Part shown: positions 1 to 9,209 of the stretch, one piece after another
Layout: the number at the start of each line of letters is the position of its first letter
Position numbering within the stretch: position 1 is the stretch's first letter
Source of the DNA: an uncultured archaeon
Lineage (GTDB): Archaea > Asgardarchaeota > Jordiarchaeia > Jordiarchaeales > Jordiarchaeaceae
Assembly (NCBI GenBank): GCA_964510585.1
Contig: CAZECW010000121.1
Coordinates: forward strand, 32,955-64,954
Direction: 5' to 3'
DNA: 32,000 nt
Made by a program: the position numbers and the translations under genes
Notes under the pieces: generated by a model
Databases searched by the model: none
Told to the model about the DNA's origin: nothing
The model's input: the letters and a program-made list of their open reading frames with translations, nothing else

Positions 1-963
1 GAAGAATGCCTCTCCATATTCGCGGGTTGGGAAAAAGAGTTTGACCTCTACGAAAAATTGGGGTTGGACAGCTCCACCGTATACACCCTAATGTTTAGCC
101 CCAAAAATTCTAGAGGACTGGATAAGGACAGGTACGTTGACTCTTGGGGGCGAATCTACAGCGCCAATATTTCCGCGGGCTACATTTCCCATTTCTATTT
201 GGGTGGATACCTAACAACTCCGGAAAGGTATGAGGAGTTTCCCAGACTTGACCCCCTAGACTCTTGGGGCATTGAACAATTTAAAATTGCAGTAAAAGCC
301 GCAGGCGACCGCATACTCCCAGTAGCCGCAGTAGGCTCAATCTGGGAAGTTCAGGGCGAGGCTCTGGGATGGGAGAACATGTTCCGCTACATTTTCACCA
401 ACCCACAATTCGTAAAAAGGGTTCTTGCAGACTCAACCAAATTCTTAATAGAGCTGGGAAAAGCCTGCATAGATCTGGGGGCTGAAGTTCTCCTAGACTG
501 GGACGACTACGGCTACACACATGGACCCATGATTTCTCCCAAACATTTCGAAAAGTTCGTCTATCCCTGCCTAAAAAAGGCGGCCGACACATTCCATAAG
601 AAGGGAGCGTTTCTCATGGTACACTCCGACGGAGACATACGCCTCCTCATGGACCTCATAATAAAAGCGGGTGTGGACGCCATCCAACCCTTGGAGCCCA
701 AAGCAGGTATGGACATAGAGGAGGTGGCTGAGAAGTGGGGAGACAAAATTTGCCTGGTCGGAAACATCGACGTTTCCCACCTTCTACCCTTCGGAACCCC
801 TGAAGAGGTCGCAAGAGAAGTGAAAAGAGCCATAAATGCGGCTGCCCCCGGCGGAGGCTACCTTCTGGGTTCAGGACACCAGATTAACGATTGGTGTAAA
901 CCAGAAAATTTCTTAGCCCAAATAAAAACAGCTAAAAAGTTTGGAGTATATCCCTTGCACTAA
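1..963 (+). CDS. Uroporphyrinogen decarboxylase / MtaA-CmuA methyltransferase superfamily protein, 5' end outside the window
   Basis: The frame is open from base 1 (EECLSIFAGW...). It carries the family motifs DWDDYG, MISPKHFEKF, HSDG, DAIQPLEP, GNID, GTPEEV and GGGYLLGSG. Confidence 0.85.
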   Translation, partial: EECLSIFAGWEKEFDLYEKLGLDSSTVYTLMFSPKNSRGLDKDRYVDSWGRIYSANISAGYISHFYLGGYLTTPERYEEFPRLDPLDSWGIEQFKIAVKAAGDRILPVAAVGSIWEVQGEALGWENMFRYIFTNPQFVKRVLADSTKFLIELGKACIDLGAEVLLDWDDYGYTHGPMISPKHFEKFVYPCLKKAADTFHKKGAFLMVHSDGDIRLLMDLIIKAGVDAIQPLEPKAGMDIEEVAEKWGDKICLVGNIDVSHLLPFGTPEEVAREVKRAINAAAPGGGYLLGSGHQINDWCKPENFLAQIKTAKKFGVYPLH

Positions 964-1075
964 AAATTATTTCCTACTTAAGGGTGCCAAAATTGGTAAT
1001 AGAACCAAGCCATGTTCTGATAAAGTTTCGTTGAGAAATTGTGAATGGTAATTCGTCTGTGAAGTGGTGGAATTT

Positions 1076-2116
1076 ATGGACTCTAGGGAGAGGATTTTAA
1101 GAGCGTTGTATGGTGAGGAGCCGGACGCTGTTCCTCTTTTCGAGATTGAAATTAATGTTCCCATAGTGAGGCAAATTTTGGGCAGAACTCCTAGCGACGC
1201 TTTGGACTTTTATGAGGTTTACAGTAGCTGTGGGTTGGATGGGATAAATTTTTGGGACAATTTTAGGCTCGTGAAGCCTCTGGACGAGAAGTCCTTCATT
1301 GATGATTGGGCCAGAATATGGTCAATTGAGGAGAACGAGGTTATCTATTACGTGAGGGGAACAATTGATAGTGAGGAAGATTTTGAAAAGTTCAACCCAC
1401 CCGACCCATTCGATTATGATAGGTTGGACAGGCTCAGAAAGGTGATAAAAAATAATAAAAACAGGTTGGCGGTTGTGGGCGGAATACATGACGCCTTTGA
1501 AATACCATCCCAGATGAGGGGCGTAAACAATTTCCTGATAGACCTTTATAAGAATCCAGGCTTTGCAAAGAGACTCATTGAAGCCTCCGTAAATTATAAC
1601 ATTGAGCTGGCAAAAGCCATGATTGACCTGGGAGTAGACGCCCTCATATCGGGAGACGACTACGCCTATAAACATGGACCATTTATGTCGTTGAAACTTT
1701 TCCGAGAATTCATAGCTCCCTATTTGAAAAAAATCGTCGATGAGGTACACCGGAGGGGAGTTCCCTTTATTAAGCACTGTGACGGCTACATCTGGCCAAT
1801 CCTAGACGACATTGTGAACACCGGAATAGACGCTCTACACCCAATAGAACCCCAGGCGGGAATGAGCTTAAGGGAAGTCAAAGAAAAATATGGTAACAGG
1901 ATATGCGTAATGGGCAATGTGGATGTGACCAATGTGCTGCCCCTCGGAACAGTTGAAGACACGGTTAAAGATGTTAAAAGATGCATAGAAGAAGCAGCAA
2001 ATAGTGGCGGGTACATCCTAAGCTCCAGCAACTCAATCCACAACGCAGTCAAAATTGAAAACTTCAAAGCCATGATTAAAGCCACAAAAAAATATGGAAA
2101 ATATCCCCAAATTTAA
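1076..2116 (+). CDS. UroD / MtaA-CmuA superfamily protein, paralog of the upstream gene
   Basis: ATG at 1076 follows GTGGTGG. It has the typical N-terminus MDSRERILRAL...EPDAVP and the motifs GDDYA, HCDG, DALHPIEP, GNVD and GGYILSSSNS. Confidence 0.9.
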   Translation: MDSRERILRALYGEEPDAVPLFEIEINVPIVRQILGRTPSDALDFYEVYSSCGLDGINFWDNFRLVKPLDEKSFIDDWARIWSIEENEVIYYVRGTIDSEEDFEKFNPPDPFDYDRLDRLRKVIKNNKNRLAVVGGIHDAFEIPSQMRGVNNFLIDLYKNPGFAKRLIEASVNYNIELAKAMIDLGVDALISGDDYAYKHGPFMSLKLFREFIAPYLKKIVDEVHRRGVPFIKHCDGYIWPILDDIVNTGIDALHPIEPQAGMSLREVKEKYGNRICVMGNVDVTNVLPLGTVEDTVKDVKRCIEEAANSGGYILSSSNSIHNAVKIENFKAMIKATKKYGKYPQI

Positions 2117-3210
2117 GTTAAGTCCGAGTTAAGTATATATCTACGTTTCTCATATTTATGTATTATGTTGCCGCAGAAGTTAACCTTATCTAGGAAAGAA
2201 GAGGCGGAAATCAGGAAATTCATGGCAGAAACCAAAAGCAAGGAGGAGTATAGAAGGGCGGAGGCAGTCCTTTACAAGGCGGAGGGACTCTCCTACAGAG
2301 CCATCGCAAAGAAGATGAACGCAGCATACCTCTCCGTCTACAAGTGGATCCAGAGATACAAGGAGGGAGGGGTGAAAGCCCTCCGCACCAAAACCCGCCC
2401 AGGAAAAAAGCCCAGAATAACCCCTGAACAGAGGAAAGCCATAGTTCAAACCGCCCTCCAAAGTCCCCAGGCCTTCGGCTACCTCAAAAACGAGTGGAGC
2501 GTAAGGCTCCTTGCAAAACACCTCACCCAGAAGATGGGAATCCCGATAAGCAAGACCCACGTGTGGGAAATCCTCCACGAGCTAGGCATAGCCTACAAGA
2601 GAGCTAAAGCTGTGGTTGAGAGCCCCGACCCCGAATACCCGGAGAAAGCCCGCCGAGTGGAGGGCTACAAGAAAATTGCTCCCGCGCTCCTTAAAAAGGG
2701 GTTGCAGTAGCCTTTGAGGACGAGAAGTGGCTGGAACTCAACCCCATAATAGGGTCTGGGTGGATGCCCCGAGGAGAGCAAAGGAGGGTTCCCACGCCAG
2801 GCGTTAATCGGAGGATAAACACCTTCATAACCTTGCTCTGGCCCTCCAAGAAGAAGCTCCACCATATCCGCAGGAGGAGGAGAAGCCGAGAATTCAAAGA
2901 GCACCTACAACAGCTGCTAAGGTACATAAAGAGGCACAGACTAAAGAGGATCATCCTCATCATGGACAATGCAACAATCCACCGTAGCCGGGAGACCATG
3001 CAGTTCCTTGAGAAACACGCGGAGAAAATAACCCCCTTCTATCTGCCGAAGTACGCCCCGCGGCTCAACGAGGTTGAAGGCCGGGTGAACAGACACCTCG
3101 CACGCGACGTGTGCACAAACCACAACTATCAAAGTATTGAAGACCTAGAGAAAGCAACAAGAAAATATATAAGAAAGCTCAATAGATATCACAAATAATC
3201 GGACTTAACT
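2116..3210 (+). mobile_element. IS630-family insertion sequence, apparently intact
   Basis: Terminal inverted repeats AGTTAAGTCCGA (2116-2127) and TCGGACTTAACT (3199-3210) are flanked by duplicated TA (2114-2115, 3211-3212). It encodes HTH and DDE ORFs. Confidence 0.92.
2165..3198 (+). CDS. IS630 transposase made as an orfA (HTH) / orfB (DDE) fusion by -1 frameshift
   Basis: orfA 2165-2710 has the HTH (GLSYRAIA...VYKWIQRYKEGG, RPGKKP, WSVRLLA). The -1 frame resumes at 2695 with KGVAVAFEDE...LIMDNA...LNEVE, the D-D-E triad. Slippery heptamer A_AAG_GGG at 2695-2701. Confidence 0.85.
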
Positions 3211-3277
3211 TAAATTATAAAGAACACCCTTCTTTGGGTCAGATTTGCTACATATGGTCCTGAAACATTTAATGCAC

Positions 3278-3667
3278 TTATTTTTTCGTCTTCTTTACTT
3301 TTTGGACAAAGTCACTTACAACCTCAAGCAGTTCCACCATTTCTAGCAGTTCCCCCTCTCCGATACGGTAAAATTCATGGACTTTCATATATCTCAAAAA
3401 AATTAGTCTTTTAGCATGGTTAAAAACTTCGCTGGATATTATTCCCTCGTTTTTGAGAATTTCAAAAATTTCCCTGTAGGTTGACGGAAACCCTAACTTT
3501 TCCTCTGATACTATGTGTTCTACTATTTCTATAAGAGCGTTTACTGCTTGGAAACACTCCATTGCCAGTGTGTTATAGATAAGATAGTCTAAAACATTTT
3601 TGTCCCTCAATTTTTGGGCGTTAGCAAAGTGTTTTTCAAATCGTAGTATGTTCTCGACAAGCCTCAT
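3278..3667 (-). CDS. HEPN (DUF86/HepT-like) RNase toxin
   Basis: ATGA overlap with the upstream MNT stop places the start at 3667. It has CFQAVNALIEI...PSTYREIFEIL and an R-X4-H motif (RYMKVH). Confidence 0.8.
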   Translation of the reverse strand: MRLVENILRFEKHFANAQKLRDKNVLDYLIYNTLAMECFQAVNALIEIVEHIVSEEKLGFPSTYREIFEILKNEGIISSEVFNHAKRLIFLRYMKVHEFYRIGEGELLEMVELLEVVSDFVQKVKKTKK

Positions 3668-4038
3668 TTCAGCATATCCATTGCTATCCTTTGATATAGC
3701 CATGAAGTTTCAAGGTAGTTTCTCAACACAATCCTTTTTATGTTGAGTAAGAAGTCTTCGTCCCTACAAAAAATTTCTCGCCCATATTTGAGAACTTCAA
3801 ATTGAATGTGAAGAGGAAGACGGTGAAAAAGAACAACGTCAAATTTCTCAGAGTACATACTGCCTACCTCAGCCTCTATTTCCGCATCGGGTTCCTTCAA
3901 AACAACCGCTAAGTCTATATCTGAAAGCGGTTTTTCAGCCCCCATCACGTAAGAACCAAAAAGAAAGATGGCAACAACCTTGGGGTAAGCCTTCATCTGA
4001 TTAATTAAAGTCTCTAACTTTTCACTGTTCTTCTTCAT
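3664..4038 (-). CDS. Minimal nucleotidyltransferase (MNT) antitoxin
   Basis: GS-X10-DXD motif (LFGSYVMGAEKPLSDIDLAV); translationally coupled to the HEPN gene. Confidence 0.88.
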   Translation of the reverse strand: MKKNSEKLETLINQMKAYPKVVAIFLFGSYVMGAEKPLSDIDLAVVLKEPDAEIEAEVGSMYSEKFDVVLFHRLPLHIQFEVLKYGREIFCRDEDFLLNIKRIVLRNYLETSWLYQRIAMDMLK

Positions 4039-4110
4039 TCAAACAACACCTATGCGTGCTTGTTCAACGTTGCGGAAGTTCTTTAATGTTTAGTTTCTGT
4101 TTTTTGGGAA

Positions 4111-4566
4111 TTAGAGGTCTTCTTTAAGGTAGGTTTCTTTAAGGAACTCTGAAACTGTTTCTAAGGTTTTCTCCGCTATGTCCACCGCTTCTTTAGCATC
4201 TTTCTCAGAGTATAGGTCCATAGGGGTGACTACTCTCCCTGCTTTCACTTTTGGATACCTGGCAAGGTAGTATTGGTCCATAAGCCAAGCCAAATCGTGA
4301 AGCATTTCTCGCAGGGGCTTCACCCATTTTTCTGGAGCGGTTACTATTATGTCTGATGCGAAGAATGCCGAGGGATCGTGCTCCGCTATTTGGGTTACCC
4401 CTTCACATGCTAGGGCTGCCTTCATTGCCTTTTCGGCGGTTTGTTGCGCTTCTAAAACGGCCTTGTGGTATCTTTTCTCCCTGAGGTGAGTTTTTGCCGA
4501 TTCTAGGTCGATTCCAGCTTCTCTTAGAAGTGCCTTTGCCATCTCACGGGTGATTCCAGAAACCAT
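4111..4566 (-). CDS. HEPN domain protein (AQQxAEKAxKA...H...RYP type)
   Basis: Motifs AQQTAEKAMKAAL, EHD and YYLARYP; TAATG overlap with the upstream MNT. Confidence 0.85.
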   Translation of the reverse strand: MVSGITREMAKALLREAGIDLESAKTHLREKRYHKAVLEAQQTAEKAMKAALACEGVTQIAEHDPSAFFASDIIVTAPEKWVKPLREMLHDLAWLMDQYYLARYPKVKAGRVVTPMDLYSEKDAKEAVDIAEKTLETVSEFLKETYLKEDL

Positions 4567-4976
4567 TATTTAGCCACCCACACTCTTGAGTGAGAGTATC
4601 TTTTTATCTCTCCCCTCTTTTCCATATCTTCAAGGATATTCGTCTGCTCTCTGAAGAAGCCATTGTCAAATAGGACTTTATATGAGGAGTAGACTCCGAG
4701 AGCGAAGGGGAACTTTTCTTTAACCATGAAGTGAAAGTCATCCATAGAGCAGACTTCCACACTTATCTTTTTCCTCACCTTTAGAGAGGCCCTAAACGCA
4801 ACTTCACTTATTGTTTTAGCCACATCTTGAGAATAGTCTGGCAAGATTACCAGGATATCAATGTCACTGTCCGGCAGAGCGTCACCCCTAGCTTCAGACC
4901 CATATACCACAATGGAAACAGCACCCAAACCAACCAACTCTTCAGTAAAACCGCGTAACTCTGCCTCTCTTAGCAA
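4566..4976 (-). CDS. Minimal nucleotidyltransferase (MNT)
   Basis: Motif YGSEARGDALPDSDIDILV; TTG start after GTGAGG. Confidence 0.88.
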   Translation of the reverse strand: MLREAELRGFTEELVGLGAVSIVVYGSEARGDALPDSDIDILVILPDYSQDVAKTISEVAFRASLKVRKKISVEVCSMDDFHFMVKEKFPFALGVYSSYKVLFDNGFFREQTNILEDMEKRGEIKRYSHSRVWVAK

Positions 4977-5264
4977 AACCTCACAACCTCACAATATTAG
5001 CTTCAAATCTATTACTTAAACCTAGTGAACACGACACTAGCACAGCCTATACACAAAAGATCCCCCTTTTTAAACTAATTTTTCCAGACTCATTCTTCGA
5101 GATCCTTCGCAGCTTTAAATCCTCCTCTCGTAGAGGATAGATCTCATGCATTTTCTTGAAAAGGGAGATACCTAAAACAGTTTCAAAAAAGGGTGCAGTC
5201 AACAGTTAAAGGGAGCCAAATATCCCAGCTGCATTCACAAATATGTGAAACGAGTTTCAATAGT

Positions 5265-5385
5265 ATTTATGGTGCTTTCCTGTGGTTCCAACCCTTTTCT
5301 TCTATGAATAGTCTTGAAAAACATTTTGTAGCAAACACTGGGAAGCTCTCTGTCTTTTAATTTTTTTATGGTAATGTGCCTGGCA
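5265..5385 (-). pseudogene. Diverged, frameshifted duplicate of the 3' end of the 6798-7610 gene
   Basis: ATTTATGGTGCTTTCCTGTGGTTCCAACCC...GGGAAGCTCT matches 6796-~6915. It translates as ...ELPSVCYKMF(fs)SRLFIEEKGWNHRKAP*, versus ELPSICYKMFSRLFIKEQGWNHRKAP* in the intact gene. Confidence 0.8.
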
Positions 5386-5800
5386 CAATTTACTCAGCGT
5401 TACCTACTGTGGGTGGTGTAGTTTTGTGACTTCCACTCACCCTTTTTTATGCCTAGAATAGTATTTTTTCCACGCCAAATGCAGATTTTAAGGACTAGTT
5501 TGAAGCAGTTTTTACGCTAACCGAAACCCCCAACAGGTGAAGCCCAGTGAAGTGTTCCATGTGTCTGAGAGCATGATTAGCTGAGGAATAATTTAATTAG
5601 CCAAATGGTACTGTACAGGGCGTTTCTGTGTAAGTCGACCGGCTTCAAGGTGTAGTGGTAAGGTACAGGCTACCTGCACATTTCCATTCTAACCATAGAA
5701 AAAGGGTGTATTCCCTAAAAAAATAGAATTTTTTTGGGCGATTTCGCTTGGAAAAATTTAAAGCCACGCTTCAATAATAGTCACTCAACTGGTGGTTTTG

Positions 5801-6016
5801 ATGGGTGAAGTTATCGAAGTCGTATATGAGAATGGGGTTTTTAAACCTCTCAAAAAAGTGAGGTTGAGAGAGGGTGAGTTCGTGAAAATAGAGATTAAGG
5901 AAACTAAAAAAGTTACTAAGAGATTTTTCAAAAAGCTGGAAGAGTTGGAGAAAAGAATCGAGAAGGTTGAAGGTGCCTACAGAGTGCTTGAGGAGTTAAG
6001 GAATGCTCGTTGTTGA
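5801..6016 (+). CDS. AF2212/DUF104-like antitoxin (VapB)
   Basis: [32 protein letters not shown] signature; overlaps the downstream PIN gene. Confidence 0.8.
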   Translation: MGEVIEVVYENGVFKPLKKVRLREGEFVKIEIKETKKVTKRFFKKLEELEKRIEKVEGAYRVLEELRNARC

Positions 6017-6443
6017 TTCCTCTGTTTTTGTCGATTCTCTATTTGAGAAGAATGCAACCAGAAACAGAATGGCTAAAGAACTATTGAAGTCAATTGAAGG
6101 CTTACCCATATTCATCCCAAGAGTTTTTCTCCTTGAACTGGTTTCCGTCGCAGGAAGGCTTAACATAAGCCTCACCAAAAGGGATGTCGAAGAACTCACC
6201 GGCGACTTCGAAATTCTATCTGAAGATTTCTTATTCGAAGAGGCTTTCAAAATAGTTGAAAAAACCCACTCCAGAGCAGTTGACTCATACTTTATTTTCG
6301 CTGCAAAATTAACGAATTCAGCCCTAGTTTCCTGCGATAAAAAAATGATTGAAAATGCCAAAAAAATTGGTGTAGAAGCGTACTATCTACTTGAAGAACT
6401 AGACAAAATCATAAAAATTATCAAAGAATTCAAGAAAAGGTAA
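6003..6443 (+). CDS. vapC: PIN-domain (VapC-like) toxin
   Basis: Motifs [23 protein letters not shown] and LVSCDKKM carry the acidic PIN residues. Confidence 0.88.
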   Translation: MLVVDSSVFVDSLFEKNATRNRMAKELLKSIEGLPIFIPRVFLLELVSVAGRLNISLTKRDVEELTGDFEILSEDFLFEEAFKIVEKTHSRAVDSYFIFAAKLTNSALVSCDKKMIENAKKIGVEAYYLLEELDKIIKIIKEFKKR

Positions 6444-6797
6444 AACCCAAAAACATTAAACACCAAAGAACAACGAGTATATTTCAGGTAACCATTTTCT
6501 ACATTGTTTCCCACACAAACCCCAGATTTCCTCTCAACACCCCTTAAACAAGTTAAAACGGGCATAAACCTGTTGATAGAAGCTATCTCAACATTTGGTT
6601 CCTCCAACAAAATCTCTGGAAGACACCCCTACCAATTGGGGGCACAAACACATCAAAGATGAAAGAGTGCGCACGCATAACCACAGCCTGCACGAACCCC
6701 TAAAACACATGAAAATTTACACTTAAACACCTTTGGCTATTTGTAGAACCCCAAATACTACAATATTGAAAAATGTACTTAATACATTTTAATAGAT

Positions 6798-7610
6798 TTA
6801 TGGTGCTTTCCTGTGGTTCCAACCCTGTTCTTTTATGAATAGTCTTGAAAACATTTTGTAGCAAATACTGGGAAGCTCTTTGTCCTGGTTTTTTATTGTA
6901 ATATACCTGAGAATGTGGTTTATGGTAAATGTTCCAATCAGCTCAATATGGTACCTTCCTATTTTAGTCAAATTTTTACCCGAATATGATGTGTCTAAAA
7001 TGTTTTTATCCTTATCAAAGGTTACCTCGACGAATATTTCGGGGAACACTCTTTTCTTTATTCTCCATTTTGAACCAGTTTTAGTTACCTCGCCGCCAAT
7101 AAATTTCCCTAGCCCATCTATGTCTTCCTCCACCAAAAGGTTGAATGGCTCTTTACGTTGTTCCAAAATCTTCTTCATAAGATCTGTTTTTTCGCCATAC
7201 TCTTTATCAGATGGCTCCTCATTCTTAATTCTGCGTCCAATGAAATCCAAAATTATTCCCGTATAGGTGACTGTGTCCTCTCCGGGAATCATGTGGACTC
7301 GTTCCCCTGAGAACAGGAATTTTAGTTCACCCTCCACATCCCCGAACTCATCTCCATAATAGAAGTAAGAGATGTGCCCATTTGCTTCGGGGAAAAATTC
7401 GATGGTAATTGTCCAGTCCTCATTCAACCCCACATCGTCAAATCTTGCCCCAAGATCCTCATATACTATCCTGTGAAGCGTAGCCTCCTCCAAACCCTTA
7501 AACAATGAAAATTTATTGGCACTGTATTCCTCCAATTCCTTCTGATGAGGACTACCCACACCAGTTGCATCAATCTGGTTCACAGTAAAAAACCTTCTAG
7601 CCCCAACCAT
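6798..7610 (-). CDS. Hypothetical protein with two tandem DUF3786-like repeats
   Basis: Long ORF, ATG after GGTG. WTITIEFFPEANGHISYFYYGDEFG...LKFLFS...IPGED resembles the DUF3786 pattern, and WRIKKRVFPEIFVEVTF is a second degenerate copy. The family call is from memory. Confidence 0.65.
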   Translation of the reverse strand: MVGARRFFTVNQIDATGVGSPHQKELEEYSANKFSLFKGLEEATLHRIVYEDLGARFDDVGLNEDWTITIEFFPEANGHISYFYYGDEFGDVEGELKFLFSGERVHMIPGEDTVTYTGIILDFIGRRIKNEEPSDKEYGEKTDLMKKILEQRKEPFNLLVEEDIDGLGKFIGGEVTKTGSKWRIKKRVFPEIFVEVTFDKDKNILDTSYSGKNLTKIGRYHIELIGTFTINHILRYITIKNQDKELPSICYKMFSRLFIKEQGWNHRKAP

Positions 7611-8164
7611 ACACAACACCAATTACCATGTCTATAAATTAGTACAAGCATTCCTAAGTTAACAAATGTAAAAAGTCTTTGTACTACTCAAAGAATAATT
7701 TTGAAAACGAAAATAAAAAACGTTTGGTTTGAGGCTAAGTCAAATTCGTACTTTATGTGGCTTGAATGGTACACGACTATCAGGATACCAAAGCTTTGTA
7801 CTGAAAATTTTGTAGCTCTCCATTTCCAGGTGGATCATAGTCCTTGGCTAATTGCACATCCTATGGTAGTTCCTATCTTTTCCTCCACTGCAGTACAAAC
7901 AATTTCTGAAATATGGTGAAACCAAACATAACATACAATGTATCCAAGGCTGATATAATTAAATGGCATGTAGTTCCACGCCGTTTGTAGCAGGTTCGAC
8001 CTATTTTCCGCACATTTGTGAGTGTTATGATAGTGTTTGTTGTTTTCTCAAGTGTTTAACCGTAACTTTTGAGTTAAATATATTATGAAGCTTAGAATCC
8101 GTAGGAAAAATGGCTGCTCATGCTTGGAGGGACTAAACCCTGAGGAAAACATCAGAATCTGAAA

Positions 8165-8693
8165 ATGGATTTCAAACCAACTAGATATAATGCTTCAAAT
8201 ACTGAGTTTAGTAGCTCCTATTATTTTAAGGTGCAGCTGGTTTGGAGTGGGGTTTACTGAATCAAGAAGAGGCGTATACACCTCATAATAAAGACCCCGG
8301 GTTACTACACGATACATGAGTTAGCAGTTACAATACTTGAAAGCTTCAACCTAGATCTGGACCACCACTTTGAATTCTATGACACATTGATTGGCCTGTA
8401 GCTTCCATCGCCTTTGAGAGGGCGGAAGCAAGCCTCCTTATCGTAGACATGATATGTAGCACAATGTTCTCCAAGGGACGCAAAAACAATTGTACACAAT
8501 ATAGATGAAATTACGATATCAAGGGGCCTTCAGAAATATCGGGGACTACCTTTTGCTAATTTTTGACTACGGAAACTTCTGGATCTTTCTAGTAGAACTG
8601 GTGCAAGTGCAAGATGAAGGGTTAAAGAGACCGGAGATAATCGAATCTGTGGGTGCCTCACCGGTTCAATATCCTGAATGCAAGCCCAAATAG
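8165..8693 (+). pseudogene. Decayed pRiA4b ORF-3-like (PF07929-type) gene
   Basis: Reads YYFKVQL..*..IIKTPGYYTIHELAVTILESFNLDLDHHFEFYD with stops at 8258 and 8399. In a shifted frame it continues GDYLLLIFDYGNFWIFLVEL...PEIIESVGASPVQYP, the family C-terminal signature. Confidence 0.6.
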
Positions 8694-8858
8694 AAATTGA
8701 GAAGGACTTTCCTGAAATTGAAAAACATTCGGAGCTGAAGAATGAGCTGAAGTTATGAGGAGAGAACCTCAAAAATAATAGAAGAAATGATGAAAAAGGG
8801 AAAAAGGATAAACGAAGCCAGAAAATTTCACCCAAGACCTAAATGAAATTGAGTGACG

Positions 8859-8995
8859 TGCTTTGTTGCACAATTTTACTTTTTCGAATGGATTTATTTA
8901 ATATTCCTAATTTTTTCAGATTAATATTGTGAAATTGCAAAAAATTCATCAAAATATATAAATAAATAAAAAAAATAAAATTATGCAACACAGCA
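8859..8995. mobile_element. MITE copy A (137 bp)
   Basis: Terminal repeats TGCTTTGTTGCACAATTTT and AAAATTATGCAACACAGCA. Flanks GAGTGACG and GACTGACG form a 7/8-matching target duplication. Homologous along its full length to 27842-27980. Confidence 0.85.
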
Positions 8996-9209
8996 GACTG
9001 ACGGAAAAGTTTTTACGCAAATTATATCGATAACATTTAAGAAATGCTGACTGACTGGGCCAATTATATTTTAATATTACACTATTCCATCAATAATTTT
9101 AATATGCACTTTAGAAAAATAATCTTGGAGGAGTAAGTGTCTTTGCGTCATCATTCACTTTGTCTGAAATAATTGATGAGGCAGTTAGTTTTTGTGGAGT
9201 GTTGTTTTT

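Noticed and set aside
5712-5740. Imperfect palindrome CCCTAAAAAAAT-AGA-ATTTTTTTGGG upstream of vapBC
   Set aside because: It is mostly homopolymer and likely by chance in AT-rich DNA.
7701-8100. 72-aa ORF and a minus-strand CLYC fragment suggesting a radical SAM remnant
   Set aside because: There is no full CxxxCxxC motif, no RBS and no supporting context.
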